This document shows positions 37,119 through 44,882 of a stretch of 64,000 nt of DNA, one piece after another. This DNA is from a virus. Taxonomy: Duplodnaviria > Caudoviricetes. The position numbers and the translations under genes are program-made. How positions within the stretch are numbered: position 1 is the stretch's first letter; each line of letters starts with the position of its first letter. Below the pieces are notes generated by a model, which saw only the letters and a program-made list of their open reading frames with translations, was not told the DNA's origin and ran no database searches. Location: the IMG/VR virus record IMGVR_UViG_3300027365_000007. The stretch is one strand, 5' to 3'.

Positions 37119-37579
37119 AGATACAGTCGATAACAGAATATTGGTAATTTTATATTCTTATTTATCACCGTATCGACAATTGTTGCACTAGAAAGCATAC
37201 TGAAGTTATTCAGCAACAAAGCGTCATCTACGTTAGTTGTTATAAGATACGTATATCCACGCACGATAGTAATTAACTTTTCTTTCTTATCCAACACGTG
37301 TAGTTTATCGTAATCTACTTCTTTGTCGTTTAACCACTTTTTTACTAATTCACCATCAGGATCACTATTCGATCTTCTAGAATAGATATCTATTGTGTAA
37401 CCACGCTGTCTAAGCATATGTATCATAACCAACATATAAGCATTGATTTTTAGCCTAGACATACACCACTGATCCATCGCACCAACGGATATGGGATTGA
37501 TGCGATGTTTGTTAATCTTTTTGAGAGTACCAAAAGTGTCTGCTATGGTATTATCAAATTCAAATAATGCTACTGGCAT
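37115..37579 (-). CDS. HAD-fold (5'-nucleotidase-like) protein, first Asp replaced
   Basis: LFEFDNTIADT instead of DxD; start MPVALF. Confidence 0.55.
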   Translation of the reverse strand: MPVALFEFDNTIADTFGTLKKINKHRINPISVGAMDQWCMSRLKINAYMLVMIHMLRQRGYTIDIYSRRSNSDPDGELVKKWLNDKEVDYDKLHVLDKKEKLITIVRGYTYLITTNVDDALLLNNFSMLSSATIVDTVINKNIKLPIFCYRLYL

Positions 37580-37581
37580 AC

Positions 37582-37965
37582 TTAAACAAAGACAATACAG
37601 GCTATGATAGCATAGTGTGTCAGATGATGTACGGACTGGTCCAGTCCAAGCGACCACCAAAAGTACTTATTTTTAATATCGAAACGTCCCAACAGGTCTG
37701 GGCTGGCTTTAACCCTATCCATGATAGAATGAATTACAAAATCAAAAGCCGCCAATGCCAATGATAGAACGAACGTTTGAGTAAATGCTAACGAAATAAT
37801 AAAGGTGGCAACTGAATGTACCGCTGTGTGAGCAAATAACGGTTTCATCCATCCTACTTTTTTGAATTTTCCAAGCATATATTTTCCCTGTAGTGGAAAG
37901 TCACACAGAAAATGCTTAACTTGGAAAATGACTAGCAATACGAAAATACTAACAATCGGGTCCAT
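37582..37965 (-). CDS. DUF3307-like membrane protein
   Basis: KHFLCDFPLQ...HTAVH...H..MD...DQSVHHL. Confidence 0.75.
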   Translation of the reverse strand: MDPIVSIFVLLVIFQVKHFLCDFPLQGKYMLGKFKKVGWMKPLFAHTAVHSVATFIISLAFTQTFVLSLALAAFDFVIHSIMDRVKASPDLLGRFDIKNKYFWWSLGLDQSVHHLTHYAIIACIVFV

Positions 37966-38126
37966 TCTTATCTCCTGAATTATTTAATGTAATTTGTTCT
38001 TTATACAGGTGTGGTAATTCTACACCATGATCGATACCACTACAATAGGTCTGATTGTCAAAATGCCAATTGCGATAGTTGTAATACTCGACACTTTGAT
38101 TATTTGTTAGATTCTTATCTTCCATA

Positions 38127-38483
38127 CTACTTTAGAATTTCATTATTGATTAATGTGAGGCGAATCTTATACCGATCCCAAAAAATATGCTTAGCATTGA
38201 GAATATACTTTACGGCATTCGTATTTGATGAATGAACGTATATAACCTTAAGCTTACTAAGATCAATATCATTCCAGTAAAGGCGCTCTTCAATCCAATT
38301 GAAAATGTCTTTACCTTCAACTTCTTCACCCAAGTCATTGTCAAGACTCAATACTTCAAATTTATTGGAAGACAAGTGCTTAAAGGCTTCTTCAGAAGTC
38401 TTTGCCCACACCCAATCACCTTTTACATAATCATTGGGATCTCTTAGGTCATCGACCCATAGTTGCAATGACATAACTTTCAC
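38127..38483 (-). CDS. Stand-alone cyclic-phosphate-processing receiver domain
   Basis: LWVDDLRDP, SLDNDLG, VHSSN. Confidence 0.72.
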   Translation of the reverse strand: MKVMSLQLWVDDLRDPNDYVKGDWVWAKTSEEAFKHLSSNKFEVLSLDNDLGEEVEGKDIFNWIEERLYWNDIDLSKLKVIYVHSSNTNAVKYILNAKHIFWDRYKIRLTLINNEILK

Positions 38484-38508
38484 TCCTACGTGTTATACAA
38501 TTACGTGA

Positions 38509-38649
38509 TTACTCATCGTCTTCTTTATCGTCATCATCATTTAAGATTCGGGCATCATCTTCAGCAAGTTCATCTTCATGCCACATATCATAAATATCTT
38601 GTGTTTTGGTGACGACTTCGTGTTCAGTCTCTCTTTCTTTACCATCCAT
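38509..38649 (-). CDS. Very acidic 46-aa protein, absent from the ORF track
   Basis: RBS GGAGG; MDGKERETEHEVVTKTQDIYDMWHEDELAEDDARILNDDDDKEDDE. Confidence 0.65.
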   Translation of the reverse strand: MDGKERETEHEVVTKTQDIYDMWHEDELAEDDARILNDDDDKEDDE

Positions 38650-38749
38650 AATGATGCCTCCGAATAATTTAGACCATTACTGATCATACCAAGACTTGAC
38701 GCATTTGTCGAGTCAAAGATAAATATATTTATCAAGGAGATTATATTAT

Positions 38750-39094
38750 ATGAAAACTGGTGACATTCTACCACAGAAAGAACAGATAGGAAAAGTAGTT
38801 TCCTATATTATTAAAAATCTACAAGATGGACAAACAATACTGGATGGTGTTGAGATAAAAAACAAGCATGATTATGATTTCATAAGCGATGCGTTAATTG
38901 TAACTATTGATAAAAATATAGAACCACCAGCCAACTCTGAATATAAAGTAGATGAATTCTGGGGTAACCAAATACGAATAGATATAGCTGCAAAAGGTTT
39001 GGATAAAAAGGAAATACGCAATATCTTAAAGAAAGCATTTGATGAGTATATTGATGTTTTCAATCGAAAAACACATAAGTATGACACACTATAA
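38750..39094 (+). CDS. Late protein with leader MKTGDIL
   Basis: Palindrome GATAAATATATTTATC and RBS AAGGAG upstream. Confidence 0.65.
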   Translation: MKTGDILPQKEQIGKVVSYIIKNLQDGQTILDGVEIKNKHDYDFISDALIVTIDKNIEPPANSEYKVDEFWGNQIRIDIAAKGLDKKEIRNILKKAFDEYIDVFNRKTHKYDTL

Positions 39095-39098
39095 TTAA

Positions 39099-39120
39099 AA
39101 AATCCCCCGTAGGGGATTTT
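39099..39120. terminator. Bidirectional terminator
   Basis: AAAATCCCC-cgta-GGGGATTTT. Confidence 0.8.
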
Positions 39121-39227
39121 GACATCATAGAACACACTTTGGCAGGCATTAAGTATTCTAATTGTATTTATAACTCGATGTAACACTTTATATAGTCAGT
39201 TTTTATTCATCAAAACAAGTATAGTCA

Positions 39228-39470
39228 TTAAGAAGTTCTAAACATAAGTGAATAGGCATTAAAAAAGTCTCTGAATTTATCGTCCAGAGACTTTTTATGT
39301 TTTACCTTCCTGTTGTAAGATTTTCCCTTTCCTTTCTTAGGTTCTTCAACTTTATGTTTGAACATTGGTGAAGTAACCGCTGCGGCGAAATAATTATCTT
39401 TTATTTCACCTCTCCCAAGATCGTGCTTATGCTTGGGAGTATTTTTATGTTTATTTCTTCGTTTAGACAT
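39228..39470 (-). CDS. arfA: Alternative ribosome-rescue factor A homologue (80 aa)
   Basis: RBS AGGAG; GEIKDN...SPMFKHKVE..KKGKG.SYNRK.KH matches E. coli ArfA GQIKDN...DPLFRQRVE..KKGKGSYMRKGKH. Confidence 0.88.
   Translation of the reverse strand: MSKRRNKHKNTPKHKHDLGRGEIKDNYFAAAVTSPMFKHKVEEPKKGKGKSYNRKVKHKKSLDDKFRDFFNAYSLMFRTS
39261..39296 (-). terminator. Intrinsic terminator / RNase III-type hairpin inside the arfA CDS
   Basis: AAAAAGTCTCTG-11 nt-CAGAGACTTTTTT, about 30 nt before the stop codon. Confidence 0.8.
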
Positions 39471-39481
39471 AATATACACTC

Positions 39482-39868
39482 CTATAGTCTCAGTCTTGCT
39501 TTATCGATAAGTTCTATCATTTCTTCATGTGGTATTGTATTTAGGTATTCCTCAGTAGATTCCAGTGTCATCTCGGATTCATAATGTAGTAGTATCAATT
39601 CTCCTGCACAAAAGCGTGTCCGCAATGACATAGCATATACAACTCGGGCATCTTCATCAATTGTTCCACGAGGCATATTATACTTATCTTCCATTTTAGT
39701 AAAATCTTTAGCTAGAAGTTTAAAAATACCATTTAGTTTTTTACGTTGAATATCATCAGCATCTCCATTGCAGTACTCCATGTACTTGATTTTATAAAAT
39801 GAATCAACCTCTACACGCTTATTAGAAAACGTTTTTGGGTGCGAAACAATAACTACATAGGAAGACAT
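39482..39868 (-). CDS. Hypothetical protein (128 aa)
   Basis: RBS AAGG; ORF. Confidence 0.65.
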   Translation of the reverse strand: MSSYVVIVSHPKTFSNKRVEVDSFYKIKYMEYCNGDADDIQRKKLNGIFKLLAKDFTKMEDKYNMPRGTIDEDARVVYAMSLRTRFCAGELILLHYESEMTLESTEEYLNTIPHEEMIELIDKARLRL

Positions 39869-39936
39869 AAATATACCTTTTGAATTTATCTATTATATAA
39901 ATACTACCATAACATAATCTTAAAAGGAAATCAACC

Positions 39937-40518
39937 ATGAGAAAGATTTTGAACAAAATATATAATTTTTTCATCCCAGATACACCCATGAAAAAGCCAA
40001 TTGAGCATATATACGGAGAACCAGTCATGAACGTACAGAATATACGCCAAACAGATAAATTATCTGAAAATTTTAAACTGAGTGAATTTACGAAGTCTCA
40101 AACTGCCTCACGAAGAGGTATAAATAACACCCCCAACGATGAACACCTACGGAATATCAAAACCCTAGTTGATAACGTCTTACAGCCTCTTAGAGATGAC
40201 TTAGGCAAGCCTCTGATCATCACGAGCGGGTACCGTTCACCTGCGTTAAACAAGGCTATAGGCGGTTCTGAAGACTCTCAGCACTCTAATGGTGAAGCAG
40301 TTGACATAGAATGCATTGGAATGTCCAATAGAGAACTTGCAAAGTATATTCGTGATAATTTCACATTTGATCAACTTATTTTGGAATTCTATAATCCAGA
40401 TGAAGGTGAAAATTCCGGTTGGGTTCATGTATCTTACGTATCTAGTGATAACCGCAAAGAGGTATTAACAGCATTATCTCAGAACGATGATGTTACTTAT
40501 CAGTATGGTATCTATTGA
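39937..40518 (+). CDS. Peptidase M15A (endolysin candidate)
   Basis: LSENFKLSEF, ITSGYRS, SQHSNGEAVDI, WVHVS; TATAAATA at 39896-39903. Confidence 0.88.
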   Translation: MRKILNKIYNFFIPDTPMKKPIEHIYGEPVMNVQNIRQTDKLSENFKLSEFTKSQTASRRGINNTPNDEHLRNIKTLVDNVLQPLRDDLGKPLIITSGYRSPALNKAIGGSEDSQHSNGEAVDIECIGMSNRELAKYIRDNFTFDQLILEFYNPDEGENSGWVHVSYVSSDNRKEVLTALSQNDDVTYQYGIY

Positions 40519-40937
40519 TAATAACTAGCCCATTCGGCATCTAGGTCAAATGATTCTAATTCCAATTCAGTCATTGCTTCTATTTTTGAAGCAATGACAT
40601 TTTCTACACTAAATGCTTTTTGTACATGTTTGGTCACTGTTGTTGCAATTAAAACCATTTGATTATAGTCCACTGACCGTATCCAACCATTCTGCCCTTT
40701 CCAATCCACGGAGTCGGTAATGCCTGCCTGCAATGCCATCATGGTTGAAGATATTTTAGCAAGAGAACCTTCATCTGTCTTAATGATGGTACCGTTAAAA
40801 TCGACTCCACCTGTTTCGATTTTTTTGCGTAAAGACGACAAACGTTTCAACATTCTTTGATGAGCGGTAGTGATCACTTCTGTACTATCATCGTATATGC
40901 TTATTGAGTGTGTTGTACTTTCAAGTATGTTTTTCAT
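40512..40937 (-). CDS. DUF4376-like tail-fibre-associated protein
   Basis: IETGGV.FNG..I.TD..S...WKG.NGW. Confidence 0.65.
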   Translation of the reverse strand: MKNILESTTHSISIYDDSTEVITTAHQRMLKRLSSLRKKIETGGVDFNGTIIKTDEGSLAKISSTMMALQAGITDSVDWKGQNGWIRSVDYNQMVLIATTVTKHVQKAFSVENVIASKIEAMTELELESFDLDAEWASYYQ

Positions 40938-40938
40938 A

Positions 40939-41391
40939 TTATTCTATAGGCACTAGTGATAAAAATATTATTTCGGAATGGTTGTTGCCACGTTTTTTAT
41001 TTTCATTCGTGGCATAAATTTCAATTTTTTCATTCACAAGATATGGCGGTGTGTTTGCTGATATTTTTCCAATTGCGTTATTATCATAAGAAAAAACGCT
41101 CTTTAAAACATCGCCTGCTAAAGAACTATCGAATACAGTAACATTATCAATGATAATTTTTGTTATTGAAACGCCAACATCACTGGTTTCAATTCCTCCA
41201 AAGTTAAAAGTCCCAGACCCAGATAAAACTAATATAGGCGTATATGTCTCATTTGGAATTGTTACTTGTATAACACCTGCATTTTGTATTTCACTCGTAT
41301 TGTATATGTTAAGTGCATGTACAGGCAATCTTGGAACAGTTATGATACGTTTCAATAAGCTCGATTTTATTTCTTTGTGCTTATTAGCCAT
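40939..41391 (-). CDS. Beta-rich putative virion protein
   Basis: Composition; neighbours are fibre-related. Confidence 0.5.
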   Translation of the reverse strand: MANKHKEIKSSLLKRIITVPRLPVHALNIYNTSEIQNAGVIQVTIPNETYTPILVLSGSGTFNFGGIETSDVGVSITKIIIDNVTVFDSSLAGDVLKSVFSYDNNAIGKISANTPPYLVNEKIEIYATNENKKRGNNHSEIIFLSLVPIE

Positions 41392-41904
41392 TTAAAGAAG
41401 CTCCCAGTTATTTGAACCTGCATAAATGAATGAAACCTCAGTCATAGTATCTACCGTAAAAGAAACCGAACTGCCTGCGGTAGTTACAATGGCATCATTA
41501 ATGGTGTCGTTAACTGTGATGCTCGCTGAAGTGACCGCATTTGAACTACGGACAACAATTGTGTCGCCCACAGACACGGTTGATACATCTGGTAATGTCA
41601 GCGTTTGATTAGAAGTAAGATAGTATTTCAAGCCAACGTTTAAAGATACACTCGCCGTAACCTCATTATATTTAGGTATGGTTGTTAATGTTTTGACGAT
41701 ATCACCTACTTGTCCTTTTGTAATCGCATGATTATCATTTGTTGCAGTTGCAACTTCAAGAGGTGCTAATGTCAGTTTGTCACTTTTGTAAAATGTGTAT
41801 GTTTGGGTCACAAGATCATATTTGAGCATCCCGCCTCGTTTACCCAACTCAATATTATTATTGATGCTTGATAAATTGTATTTTTTAATAGTCGTTAATG
41901 TCAT
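41392..41904 (-). CDS. Virion fibre-like protein; N-terminus paralogous to 59122..61314
   Basis: ELGKRGG...VATA...AITKGQV; C-terminus LTLPD...GDTIVVR...GSNNW. Confidence 0.6.
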   Translation of the reverse strand: MTLTTIKKYNLSSINNNIELGKRGGMLKYDLVTQTYTFYKSDKLTLAPLEVATATNDNHAITKGQVGDIVKTLTTIPKYNEVTASVSLNVGLKYYLTSNQTLTLPDVSTVSVGDTIVVRSSNAVTSASITVNDTINDAIVTTAGSSVSFTVDTMTEVSFIYAGSNNWELL

Positions 41905-42013
41905 TTGAGAACCTTTAAATAGTTTTATTATTTACTTTACCATTATATGTGTACATGTCAATTACATAAAATCAATAAATATATAAAACTCTACCATACA
42001 AGGAGTAACCGAG

Positions 42014-42505
42014 ATGGCAAACATAATAGTCAACGCTAACGGAACTGTTAGCAATTCATTTTCTATAGGAAAATCTGGTAAAGGTATAGTTATTTATCAG
42101 GGAGATACTATACCATCCAATCTACTCGGTAACACGGGTGATATCTATATAAAGAGATCGACTGAGCCTTTAATACTAAAGAAAAAATCTACTGGTTGGG
42201 TAGATGTCAACAATAAAGATATTGAAACAGTCGCAACTTCATCAACTTTATCACCAGTACAAGCAAGTACTGTGTATTTAGTAGACTCATCATCTTCTGA
42301 ACTAACACTAACATTGGCAACATCTTCAATGACCAATGGTAAACAAATTGTTTTCAAAGATTCGACAGGTTCGACAAGTACCAACACAATTACTGTTCAA
42401 ACCGAAGGGTCTGAAACCATTGACGGCGACACATCATTCACAATAGCATCGGATTACACCTCGATAACAATTGTTTCTGATGGTAACAATTGGTATATAA
42501 TATAA
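42014..42505 (+). CDS. Virion fibre-like protein
   Basis: NGTVSNSFSIGKSG; C-terminus TLA...GKQIVFKD...SDGNNWY; late promoter AATAAATA. Confidence 0.65.
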   Translation: MANIIVNANGTVSNSFSIGKSGKGIVIYQGDTIPSNLLGNTGDIYIKRSTEPLILKKKSTGWVDVNNKDIETVATSSTLSPVQASTVYLVDSSSSELTLTLATSSMTNGKQIVFKDSTGSTSTNTITVQTEGSETIDGDTSFTIASDYTSITIVSDGNNWYII

Positions 42506-42515
42506 GCGTAATAAC

Positions 42516-42740
42516 ATGAGTCATATTTTTAATGATGAGATACAATATAAACGTACTGAACAAGTAGATTCATTCGGGAGACTTAGAGCTTCTACACCAC
42601 ATACATATTTTGACTCTCCTAATGCATGGAAGGTGTTACCGGGATGTAAATTCAAACTTACTGCCACAAATGTAACAAATGGAAATTGGGACGTGTCGCT
42701 ATCATTTTATATGATTAAAAGAAAAACAGTGAACTATTAA
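42516..42740 (+). CDS. Short protein with DSFGRLR..TP.T.FDS motif (possible deletion remnant)
   Basis: I recall this motif at the N-terminus of much longer phage structural proteins. Confidence 0.45.
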   Translation: MSHIFNDEIQYKRTEQVDSFGRLRASTPHTYFDSPNAWKVLPGCKFKLTATNVTNGNWDVSLSFYMIKRKTVNY

Positions 42741-42742
42741 GT

Positions 42743-43222
42743 TCACTGTTTTTGATATGTTATTAAATAGACACCCTGTGTCTTCATTTCTTCAATGTAA
42801 TCGAAACGTTTAACTTCCAAGAAGTGTGCCATTTCCGGCATTTGAAGAAAACGCTTTAGTCTTTTCAGGTCAGTATTATCAACTGATACGAATTTTATTT
42901 CATCTAACCTTGTGTAAAACTTCTCAATCAGGGTAGATACCATCTTTTCCATCTGAGATCGATATTCATATGCATCTGCAACCTGTATGGGATTTAAGAG
43001 TTGTTCAATCGATCCAACAATAATACTGAATACATCTTTCGATTTAGTTGTACTGACTAAAATTCTTCCATCAGTATATAGCATGGCAACAAGATATAAT
43101 CCATCAGACACTTCTGATACTAAGGTGAACATTTTCTTTTCAGGAATATATTTCACCTTGCCATCGTTGAACTTTCCAGCGTTACTACCGTATGATGCCT
43201 CGTAAAGATCTGACTCGCGCAT
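42743..43222 (-). CDS. Putative internal head protein, leader MRESDLYE
   Basis: Leader motif. Confidence 0.55.
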   Translation of the reverse strand: MRESDLYEASYGSNAGKFNDGKVKYIPEKKMFTLVSEVSDGLYLVAMLYTDGRILVSTTKSKDVFSIIVGSIEQLLNPIQVADAYEYRSQMEKMVSTLIEKFYTRLDEIKFVSVDNTDLKRLKRFLQMPEMAHFLEVKRFDYIEEMKTQGVYLITYQKQ

Positions 43223-43225
43223 AGG

Positions 43226-43711
43226 TTAACACCATTCGTCGCTTATCGCTTCGCTATATTCTTCACCGAGCGTTATCTGACCTAAGTCGCTCAACAGATC
43301 ATTATCAGGTAAGTCACCGTCATAATCATAACTCAACGTAATATGAGGCGAATAGTTATCATAGGAGTGTATAAATCCTGCTGCAAGAAGCTCGTTATGT
43401 CGAGATTGAAGTTCAGGGGAGTCTAACTTTATAACCAAGCAATCAGACTCGTCGCCATATAATGCGAACTCAGAAGCAGTTGCGGTGTATTCTAAGTCAC
43501 TACTTGGTGGAATTAGCGGATTACCTTTATCCTCAGAATACACAAGTGTTACATGTAGCGTATCTAAATCTATTGGATTTTTGATCTTCAACTTCTTTAT
43601 TAAACCATCAATCTTTTTCTTTGTTTCTTCGTCTGGTGTAACGCCAAAGTATGAACCATTTTTAAATGATTGATAATAGTATTCGAATTTCTCTTTATTA
43701 AAATAACTCAT
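43226..43711 (-). CDS. acb1: Anti-CBASS 2H phosphoesterase (T4 57B/Acb1-like)
   Basis: Two HxT motifs (LHVTLVYS, YSPHITLSY); LDSPELQSRH and HSYDNY align with T4 Acb1. Confidence 0.85.
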   Translation of the reverse strand: MSYFNKEKFEYYYQSFKNGSYFGVTPDEETKKKIDGLIKKLKIKNPIDLDTLHVTLVYSEDKGNPLIPPSSDLEYTATASEFALYGDESDCLVIKLDSPELQSRHNELLAAGFIHSYDNYSPHITLSYDYDGDLPDNDLLSDLGQITLGEEYSEAISDEWC

Positions 43712-44640
43712 TTCTTCCCCTTGATAAATTGATCATAGATTGTATCATGTTCTTCTTCTATATCATCGCTCCAATCAAATTCGTCATCTTCATTGCATTC
43801 TGATTCTAGCTGTTCCATGATGATAGAGTCGTGATGCTCATTGATATTTTCTACTAAATTATCTACTTGTGTATTTAATAGAATCCCATTTATATCGTTT
43901 TCAGCAAACTCAAATTCATTACATTCTTTAAACTTTACTGGATTCTTTTTGAAATAGTCAGCAATGGCCACTGCGGTTGTAAAACCTATCAAACTTCCAA
44001 TTAAGTATGCATAGTCATCATCAACTTTCTTTTTTAACTTTTTAGGAAGATATGCATATACTTGGTTTGGTTTAGGCTTTGGAGCTTTAGGGTTTTCTTG
44101 TTGATATTCCTTATACATGTCATGCATTGACTTGTACATCTTTGTATATTGTGGGCGGTATTTCGCCAACACTTCTTTCTCAACATCCCCATTCAAGCCA
44201 AAAGATGTTATTAGATCTTCAAAAAAAGGCTTACTATATATCTTGTTATTAGCTTGATATTTTGGAAGCAACGCATTGTAGTGAAAATAATACTGGTCTT
44301 TTAAGCGCTTAGTAATTTGCTTCACCTGCTTTTTCATTTGAGGTGACATACGTGCATTAAACTTCGTAGTTATTTTTCGCATAGCCTTTTTATAAGAATC
44401 CTCAGCACCAGACTTTATATCTTGCATAAGATTCTTAGATTGTGAAAATATCTTTGATAAACTGCTACGAAGCCCTTCATCCAATTGTTCACTTTCCATG
44501 TACATGAACAAAAAAGACATGCCATGGTCGTCTTCAAATATTTCATAAGACGGTAATTCATTTATCTCTTCTATGAAATCATCAGAGGCTTCGTATGAAG
44601 CCTCGTCTAATAACTGACGATATTTTTTAATATCATTCAT
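43708..44640 (-). CDS. Putative prohead core / internal protein
   Basis: Many (L/I)xE sites (LDE, LVE, INE, IME); acidic termini. Confidence 0.5.
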   Translation of the reverse strand: MNDIKKYRQLLDEASYEASDDFIEEINELPSYEIFEDDHGMSFLFMYMESEQLDEGLRSSLSKIFSQSKNLMQDIKSGAEDSYKKAMRKITTKFNARMSPQMKKQVKQITKRLKDQYYFHYNALLPKYQANNKIYSKPFFEDLITSFGLNGDVEKEVLAKYRPQYTKMYKSMHDMYKEYQQENPKAPKPKPNQVYAYLPKKLKKKVDDDYAYLIGSLIGFTTAVAIADYFKKNPVKFKECNEFEFAENDINGILLNTQVDNLVENINEHHDSIIMEQLESECNEDDEFDWSDDIEEEHDTIYDQFIKGKK

Positions 44641-44654
44641 TGTTACTCATTTCC

Positions 44655-44879
44655 TTAACGTTTTGTAAACCTGAACTTCTTAGGATCGCGGTTCTTAATA
44701 GCTGATAGCATTCTCTTTTCCAAAAGAATCGCAGCTTCTTCGCCATATTTTTCTTCAATCTCTTCTATCAGATTGATACTCGAATTAATAACGTGGTCAG
44801 CGCGAGTCTTTATCACAGCTTCCGATAATCGACTTCGGCCATTTTCCATTAAACTATCGAGAATACCACCACTACTCAT
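44655..44879 (-). CDS. Hypothetical protein (74 aa) downstream of the helicase
   Basis: ORF in operon. Confidence 0.65.
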   Translation of the reverse strand: MSSGGILDSLMENGRSRLSEAVIKTRADHVINSSINLIEEIEEKYGEEAAILLEKRMLSAIKNRDPKKFRFTKR

Positions 44880-44882
44880 GTA

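Noticed and set aside
38541-38774. 77-aa minus-strand ORF from the track
   Set aside because: The overlapping acidic ORF 38509..38649 in another frame has the clear RBS
40512-40937. MKNILES as a capsid-cargo leader
   Set aside because: The protein looks like a DUF4376 tail-fibre accessory in a fibre operon, so the match is probably coincidental
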